From contig FLMG01001544.1 in NCBI GenBank assembly GCA_900088475.1, positions 15,450-79,449 of the forward strand: 64,000 nt of DNA. The letters run 5' to 3'. The DNA is from Hyphochytrium catenoides (Eukaryota > Protista > Hyphochytriomycota). The notes beneath the pieces are model-generated. The model searched no databases, had not been told where the DNA came from, and saw only the letters and a program-made list of their open reading frames with translations. A program made the position numbers and the translations under genes. Each line of letters starts with the position of its first letter. Within the stretch, counting starts at the first letter, position 1. Positions 56,001 to 64,000 of this stretch are shown here, piece by piece.

Positions 56001-57418
56001 CTTTGCGGCTGTCTGCCTTACGGTTTCCCAACCCGCCTGAGTCTGTGAATCCAAAGCCAAAAGCATCACCTTTCGCCCTGTCACTGCCCTGACATACCAT
56101 GCGCTTTCCCTATGGTCGTAGGAGTCCAACGCAGACGTGGCAGTAGAGGAAGAGGGTGAAGGAGAAGCGATCCAAGGTGAGGCTGGAAAGAAGCGCAGCA
56201 CTCCATTTTTGCTGGCAAAATAGGCGAAAGACGCGTAGGGATCTCTTTCTATTGTTGCTTTCATGGCAGACTCTGCCAGGAAGGAGGCACCAAGATCAGC
56301 CGTGACATCCTTTTCAACAGCTTGGCGTAAGCCTGCGATCTGAACGCAGATAAAAAATCCGGTGTGTGAGAAGGTTACGCATCAGCTCAATACGTAAGAA
56401 AGCCAGATGGGAGCATTTGGTGGTACCCAGAATGGAGCACGTCTTTGTCTGAATATGGCAAACATTCAGCGAGAATTAAGTAGGTAATAGGGTTACCGAG
56501 CAGCTAAGAAAAAGCCAGAAGTGAGCACAACGGGCCTTAAGCTAAATCTCTGTTCAGGATGGCACTGTCTTCTACAGGCGAAAGTTGGAACAATAGGAGT
56601 AGTAGAAACAGCTTGACGTAAGAAAAGCGTTACCATAGTAGCGCTGGCGTTCGAGACTAAGAGATCGCTAATCCCAGGGCGAGGGCTTAAAGAAAGAGTA
56701 CCGGCCACCAAGCTGAGCGCCGATAGACTGGCCATAGGGACCAAGGCCTCTGATTGGTAGTTCTCGTAAGCTGTTTGCACAGCCTTGACATAGGCCTATA
56801 CATGTAGACAGTGCAGTTTTGCGAGGGAGAAGTTAAATTGAAGAATATAGGAAGCTTCAGTATGTCAGCCTGCGGAAGACCTAAATAGCACCCACGGCTC
56901 CACCGAGGAGCAGTGCCGAGGTAAGGACGAACAATGGAGGGACAGTACTGATATAAGGGGAGCATTAGACCTAGAAGATAGAACTAGAAGACAGTAGGCA
57001 AGTGCATTAATGGCAGCAAGGGTTCGTGGATGTGAAAGTATATGCGGAAGAGAAGTAGGGTTAGGTGACAGTGAAGGTTAACCTTGAGAGCTTCTGCTTT
57101 CTGGGTAAGCAATCCATTGACTTTCTCAATGATGTGAACCAAGATTTCGGACGGAGACTCTGTCACTGGCTGGTACGGGTGTGAGTTCAGTACCTATGCA
57201 GAAACGGAGAGTTAGGGGCTAAGCAGGAACGCCAGCTACCACTTTTCGGGGTTCCCGTGCACCTGCTCAAAGTCTACTGCCTTTCCCTTGGTGTTGATGC
57301 GATTTGTGATAAGCGAATCAACATCACTGACTAATGAGGCACTAGACACAACCGAATGGACGGTTAGCAGCAAGCAGAAGCTGCTCCAAAGCAAAGCTCT
57401 CAATGCTTCCCCTCCCAT
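46854..57418 (-). CDS. Receptor kinase: signal peptide + alpha2delta/CACHD1-like vWA-Cache ectodomain + class C GPCR-like 7TM + two tandem TKL kinase domains
   Basis: Signal MGGEALRALLWSSFCLLLTVHSVVSS; DPYASFAYFASKNGVLRFFPASPW...YDHRESAWYVRAVTGRKVMLLALD (alpha2delta-like); seven hydrophobic segments at ~50570-51385 ending TLIFPKL; kinase 1 GAGSYG/VAIK/HGDFKTPN/DFG/APE; kinase 2 GEGASG/VAVK/HRDLKSQN/DFG/APE. All on one strand with splice signals between, but not every junction was phase-checked. Confidence 0.8.
52995..53090. repeat. Compound (TC)n(AC)n intronic microsatellite
   Basis: ctctctttctctctttctctctct...ctctctcacacacacacatatacacacacacgctctttctctctctcc. Confidence 0.9.
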
Positions 57419-58061
57419 TGCGTTTTACCGCCGCCTTGTCCACAAACTGATGAAGGGGCGATCTCAATCGCTCAGCTCCTTTCTAGGAGCATCTTCTATG
57501 TAGGGGTAGCGTGACCTTACTCCTAGCTCCCAGCAAGAGAAGGAGATGATTCATTTTTTCTCAAACCCGGAGATTGAGCAGAGTATTGACCCAGTTCGCA
57601 CTCGGCGATGTTGTGCCCTTGGCTTCTGGCCGCGAAATCTCTACCATGTAAGCCTTGTGCTCCAGAAACTCACGACTTGTCCTTCCAGGAAACTCTTTCT
57701 CTTCCCGTCTCCTGAACCTTCGTACCTCTTTGTCAGGCGTGAATGTCGATCACTAGGGTTCCTCGTGTCCCTTCTCAAACATCCATCGTCTCGTCGATCG
57801 CTGGGCACTCCATAAAAGTCTCTGTTGCCGGGGGTTGGCTGCCCAAGTCTTTTGACTTTCCAAACGGAGGGACAGAGAACCACCAGCTGAGCCGCTTCTT
57901 GATAAGCTCAACCCGAATTCAGAAAAAAGAATCCATATACGTAGGATGTTCGGAATAGTTGCGAGCTGAAGCCGCAAACGACCTGGCTCTGACTGAAACG
58001 GATTGGGTAAGCAGTGTAACGACTGTCTTTACACTCTTTCCAACAACTAAGAAACTTTACT

Positions 58062-61000
58062 ATGCAGCTTCAGGAGGCAACGGCGCTCATACAACACGCA
58101 GAGCAAAGTCAAGCTGCTGCTGCTGAACGCGAGTTGCAGTCAGCTAAAGAAGGTGATCACTGGTCATACGGAGTGCCATAACTATGGACCAAACCAGCTA
58201 CTTCTCCTCCTCCCTTATCCGTACATCACTTATACATCACATGTTGGTACAAGAGGCTTTCTTACGATAACGACGTGACACTGCCACAAATTTCTCTCGG
58301 TCCTGTGTGTCACTTCTTCCCGAGTCGCTCACTAACTCTTTGATAGAGCAATTTACTTACTGACCATCATCTGGATGTAGGCTAGGCTTAGTGCAAAACT
58401 CTCAAGGGAAGTGGAGCCAGCCAATAGCCAGCTCTAGCATGGTAATGGGACGGCGGGTTGGTCATGAGACATACCTGAATCTCATAACCTCCCTTTCTTA
58501 GTCCTGATTATAGCCAACGCTTGAGGGAGGCAATGAATATATTGTTCCACGAGAATCCCAGAAGAACCCGGACTTAAGGCTGCAGCTTCGCTCCGTGGGA
58601 GATTACTAGCCTTCCAAAATGGGAACTTCTCAGTAGCCGCCACAGCGAAAAGAGCTCCATTATGAGAATGTACTGTTGGACACCACTCCAACAGCTTTGG
58701 CCCTACCCAGCACAGGTCTTTGATGCTCATCTAGCTCATGCATAAGACTAGGAATCGATTGTAGGTGACACAACAATTGTTTAACAGGGCTTTCTTGCTG
58801 TAAGCACCTGCTTAAATATATTTACCTATACCAAGCTTGATTATGTGACCCCGCTATAGCGCTGAGGTAGCGAGAGCTGCTTGTCAGCCTAGACTTACGC
58901 CTCAAAGCTCGATTGGGTCAACATTGTCGGTGATGTAAAATGGTCTGCCCAGGAAGGGCCTGCGCGGCTTATTCAATGATGTCCGCATTCATTTCTCTCC
59001 TGCAGCTTCCTCAAGAGTTCCGNNNNNNNNNNNNNNNNNNNNNNNNNNNNNNNNNNNNNNNNNNNNNNNNNNNNNNNNNNNNNNNNNNNNNNNNNNNNNN
59101 NNNNNNNNNNNNNNNNNNNNNNNNNNNNNNNTCATCAATTCTGTTGCCCATTTCATCTAGTGAGGATATGTTAAGGAGAACACTTTTGCATCTGACTGCA
59201 AAAAGACGCGCGACTCTAACACTGAACGCATTGCAAAGGATGGAGGGGAAAGGATATTTCTTGTCAAGATCCCGTCTGACATATTGGTGAAACGCTGTTG
59301 CTGTAGACATCAAGAGGATCAACAGCGAGCGTTAACATGACTATTCGAGACTTGCAAGAGCAAACGCACTCCGTACCATTTGTTCCAACAAAGTTTGGAC
59401 CTTAGCCAAGATAATCGGTTAACACCAGCGAATAGGACGCATGCGCCCGCCCAAAACAAAATTTCCCTTAGTTGTGGTCTATAACAAGCAAGATAAAGTG
59501 CTAATCCTCATACCACTGCCGTAAGGTCCTGAGCCGTCTGGTCTTCTTCATGAGAGGGCTTGTCTTGAGTTGGCTGGCTCTGTGGGCAAAGAAGGGGACG
59601 GATTTAGAAGGGCTATTCAGTACCTGACGGCGACCAGCCAGGTGACCTGCGCAACTCTCTGGGGCTCTTACCATCTTGCCTTTGAGGTGTATTTCACTCT
59701 CTGCGTTACCCTTTTAACTCTTCCGTCGAGGGTATCGCGAGGTGATGTTCTGATAGAGGCTTGGCGAGACACTTCGCTGGCATTAAATCTCAAGTGAGCC
59801 TTCCACGCACGCCGCGGTGTATGATAGTCGTTGCTCTGCCTGGCATGGACTTCAAGAAGCTGTGGGGAAGCAAGCTTGAGCACTCATCAAAAGTCAAAAG
59901 AAGCTTCCACAGTTCACAGAGCTTCACCTGTTGTACGCGTTACAGCTGCGTGTGTCTGTTATATGATAGCGGTTAGTGGCTTCTAGACCCTACCACTCTA
60001 TCCTAAGATTGTACTCGACAATTGCTTGGTACTAAAAGGTAGGGCTATAAAAAGAGGCTTAGTTCTTAGGTAAAAGCCCCTGTCTAAGATTATACTACTT
60101 ATTAGGGTTTGACAAGTAAAGCTATCCAATGCTCCTGAGATTGACGCGTTTAAGGTAAGCCCTCGTAGTTGATGTTGAACCTACCCTCAATAGCCCTCAG
60201 GGCATCTGCAGTGTACAAGTGACCTGAAGCCCCACTCCTGTCCAGAAAGGTCAGCCTTCATGCGCAGACTAGAGACAGACGCAGCATCACCCAGCAACAG
60301 AAAAGTCCACGAACAGGAGTTGATGCTAAGTAGTATCGAAACACCACGCCCAGTTTAGAAGCACAGGACCTCCTGAAGAGGTGACATCCGCCATCGTCCC
60401 TGGCCACCATGGAGATTGAGAGAGTTCATTACACTTATGTTAGCTGAGTCGGCTCTTGATGGCCCGTCCGTCAGAACACATTCCCCTAGGAGGTTATGTT
60501 ATCCCTAGAGCCCCCTAGTGACGAGGCTCGACTGAGCCTCAGTTCTACTACTGTCAACTGTGCTGGACTGATGGAGAGAGGTACACCCTGAGTTTCGTAG
60601 AGATGTCACAATGGAGAGACTCTAATCTGGACGTCCGGGAATAGGTAATGGCGGTCTAGTCGGTCTCTCCTGGGCACCTCAAGAGGGAACCACCTGGAGC
60701 AGAAAGAGGAATGCCAAAGAGTTAGACCTGCATTCCAGGGTTCTCGATAAAAGGAAAAAGCATTTGATCGAAGCGTGAGTCGGTCAACACTATGCCAGCG
60801 CAAGCAAATCAGAGAAATAGTCTCCACTCATCCACTCCATCTTCGTTTCTCGCTTTAGGACACAATTAAACACTTCGGCCATGCTACCTCTTCCTCCGCA
60901 TCATGTGCGGAGCGCTTACAGCTCTACAGAGGAGCATGCGAGTCAGGAAGGAGGCGATGATGGTCCAGCTCCAATGTCTCTGGAAGGGGATGCCGCAGAG

Positions 61001-61162
61001 ATGCGGCTAAACCAGCCTGTAACCGTTAGCGATGAGAGCTCTATGCAGTGCTCGAGTGAACATGGCAGAGTAAGTCATCTCATGAAGTGAGGGACATATC
61101 AACCAAAGCTAATTAATCCTGACTCTAGGCCGGGGTGTGTCTAGAGCACCATCAGGAGAGTG
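58062..61162 (+). other. Possible multi-exon orphan gene or pseudogene of unknown function (spans gap 59023-59131)
   Basis: ATG-initiated MQLQEATALIQHAEQSQAAAAERELQSAKE followed by a GT, plus several plus-strand segments bounded by AG/GT (e.g. ~59570-59641, ~60490-60580, ~60859-61070). No recognisable domain, and I could not build a stop-free model. Confidence 0.25.
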
Positions 61163-61467
61163 ATTACAAGTACGCCCAGTTCTTTTTCTAAAGTGTTATA
61201 TGTTGGAGATAGAGAAGAAAATCCTTTGGCTGTCTCATGTTCACAATGTAGATTAGCTTGCCTTCTGCTCGTAGCCTACCATCGTGCTGTTCTCTGGTAG
61301 CACCTGTCACAGTGCCCTTCAGGAGCATCGTGGGGGTGATAATCCATCACCGTGCGTGTTTGAGGGCAACCAGTGGCTTACCCATGTGTAAATGCCGCAA
61401 AGAGAATAAATAGACAATAGCTCACTTGCCCTGTCAGCCCGCATAGTTCGTGTCTACCATGTAGGGT

Positions 61468-63216
61468 CTAGATAGGCGCTTTCGACCTGTCCATGAAGTT
61501 TTTAACGAACTCGTACATGAAAAACCCTGCAGCGTTGGCAGGGAACGCTCGAAGAAGGCATGGCAAATAACCTTTCCAAAAACCCCTGACGCCCTCTTCT
61601 TTCAAAATTCGGCCTGCGCACGCAGCGAAGCCGCCATCCCAACTCTTCGTTGCCAATAGCCTTGGGTCGAGTTGAGTTTGAAGTCTGGACTTTACAACGT
61701 CCTGGGGATAACTGACAGTCCAACAGACGCAGCCTGCAAAGCCTCCGGCAATTAATGTGTTGGCAATGGTTACCTCCCCGTTGTAAGGCGTCAGCTGCCT
61801 TTTGAGAAGTTCATCTTGAAGGAGCAATGTGAGAAGTGAGACAACAGGTTTCAAGACGATAGAGTTAGATATTGAGGTACACGGCCAGGCGATGAAGGAT
61901 ATCCACACACCATGGCCATAGAGGGAGACTGTGACGCCAGAAGATAAGTAATCCTAGACTGAGAAGAAGTAAAGATGTGGACAACGTTCAAATTTCAGGA
62001 GGCTACTAAAGGTAGGGGGCATACATTAGCACCAGGAGGTGCGGAAGGACATTCTTAAACGCTCCAGCTGCGTACAAGAGGACATTGATAAAGGATGTAG
62101 TGAAATGTCTTACAGGTGCCGAATTGACCAACATATGATGGAACCTCTCGGTATATGGTAGCCACGTTTCCTCTCCACAGACCCTTTAAACCTGTCATTG
62201 TAAAAGGGTGGACGATAGGATATTAGACATAAAGACAGTAATAGTCTCTCGAGCACCAAGACCAGGACCCACCTTCACTTCGGAGCACCTGTTTTATGCA
62301 GTCAATTGGACCCTTGTACATGAAACTGTTTGAGGGGTTGCATGCGTTGCCCTGAGCTTGAAGTCTGCATTTGATGAGCTCTACAGGAGCCACGACAAGT
62401 GAATTTGCTAGGCCTGCATACGCGCCTGTTCAAGAAGGTCAGTCAGCCATAGCTGTCGCGCCGACTTAACATCCTAGTGGTGCACCTGCTGCCATCGCCT
62501 CGATATTTGTGACTGGCCTTTCCGCGTCGCCATGAAGATACGCAATACCAGCCTTTGCCTGACCATAGGAGGCAAAGACGACAGCGTTGACCAGCGGAAT
62601 GGTTGTCATTGGGGAACCCAAACCGCGGAAGAGACCAACTAGCCCTTCCTTGCGCACGGTCGAGACCGTGCAATCCCAAGCTCCATCGAAGGCACTGGCA
62701 CTTGCTGTCTGCATCTGCAGCCTAACTTTCACTGTGTCAAAGGGATGACCTACGGCTGAGCGGCAAAGCAGTGTATGGCAGAAGAAAGAAATACCGTTCA
62801 GACAAGTAACTATCGAAAGGCAGGCTGCTTCCACTACGTAACAGACCTGTTGACGCGGCACCGGCGAACGAGCCTGCAACGAAGTCAATCAGTGTATCAG
62901 AGTTGAGTCCAAAGCTCTCCTCCTCGAGATCTAAGGTGGTATAGCGATGACCCTCCAAAGGGTCGTAGAAGTGCTGGTGTCTGGGACACCAAACCAGGTT
63001 CTTCTGTACCTGATACCGGGTCTCGTTCGCCCATCGCAGTGGAGTGTCGAGTAGGACGTAAGCGCCGAACTCGCTCTGCGAAGAATGGTGATGATGAAGA
63101 ACTCTATCCACCAAGCTCGTTTCAACATTTTCCTCGTCCATTTGTGAAGCTAAGGATACTGCGGGGGCATTTGAGGTGCAGGCTTCCGATAATACTGCTG
63201 TAGCTTCCGCCCCCAT
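61468..63216 (-). CDS. Mitochondrial carrier family protein (SLC25A20/29/45-like carnitine/basic amino acid carrier) with N-terminal extension
   Basis: Three carrier signatures GHPFDTVKVRLQ, APVELIKCRLQ and YPQDVVKSRLQ; GLFRGLGSPM; RAFPANAAGF. Confidence 0.95.
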
Positions 63217-64000
63217 GCTGGTAGATTGATATAAGTTCCTTTAATAGACATCGGCAGCAGCTACCGCCATCTCTGCAGCATCTACCGGGCGCCGGTAGCT
63301 GTATACTAATTGTGTGTAGGAGATGACCAGATCAAATTGGTAGCAGAAATTGTGAGCGAGTGATACACCTTCTGCTAAAAATTGTCTGACGTGGTTGAAG
63401 TTCGCAGCTGCAGACCTACCAACGAAGCTGACGAACCGACACAAAGAGAGAAATGGCCTGGAATGATAGCGTGCTCCGTAAGCCCTTTTAGAATGCGCCT
63501 GGCATAGGGCACAATCATCGCCAGCGTGCGCTACTAGAAGCCAAGCGGCCAATGCCAAGCCCAGAGCTCTATTTGCCTCCTTTGTCTCTTTCTGCGAGTT
63601 GAAGAATCTGAAGTGGTTGCGCTTGAAGACTCAGCAGCTTTTCAATCTCACAGTGAAAGAGCCAGCAGAACTGCCTCACTGGAGGAAAGGGCAAAGGGGG
63701 TTACTCTGTACAAGTTCAACTGGAAAAATTAGCAGGATAAATAGCTTTCAACTGAAACAAATAACAGCCATATCATAGCCTTACTGCAGCCGATATATTA
63801 GAGCTCACAAATAGCTTTCAGAGGGCGAATTTTATTGGTCTAAGAGTATTGGTCGCATCAACTCCAAACCAGTCGCTTGACAGGGCTGCGGTTGCTCTTT
63901 CTTATGTGAGCACTGCTCTTGTCGCAACAAGAGAGTTGGAGTCACGCCACTGCTGTGACCTTGGCCTTGGCACTGCCAGAGCATTTGCTATGTCTACCAG

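Noticed and set aside
63241-63558. 105-aa minus-strand ORF ending 25 bp before the carrier ATG
   Set aside because: Non-ATG start, no recognisable homology, and no supportable link to upstream exons

Overview
Compact, intron-rich eukaryotic (protist) DNA, roughly 50% GC, with GT-AG introns, many (GA)n/(TC)n tracts and three N gaps. A stramenopile-like origin is inferred from gene content but not proven. I can support 14 protein-coding genes. In order: bacterial-type organellar HisRS (runs off the left end), mevalonate kinase, an F-box/LRR/retinoblastoma pocket-B fusion, an S10 serine carboxypeptidase, an ankyrin-RING protein, CNOT10, a SIM-Ubl-SWIM-RING protein, CstF-64, a PI4KIII-beta with a 4-TM N-terminus, a dual-specificity phosphatase, exocyst Sec3, a GH81 beta-1,3-glucanase, a ~10.5 kb receptor gene, and an SLC25 carrier. 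There is also one possible orphan gene. No rRNA, tRNA, CRISPR array or recognisable transposon was seen. Three hand-spliced domain fusions stand out. (1) An F-box protein whose putative substrate-binding end is an isolated Rb pocket-B box with the LxCxE-cleft residues intact. (2) A single-chain receptor joining an alpha2delta-like vWA/Cache ectodomain, a class C GPCR 7TM and two TKL kinases. (3) A PI4-kinase with a MENTAL/TMD0-like membrane anchor. All family calls come from motif recognition by eye; no database search was run, so novelty is unverified.
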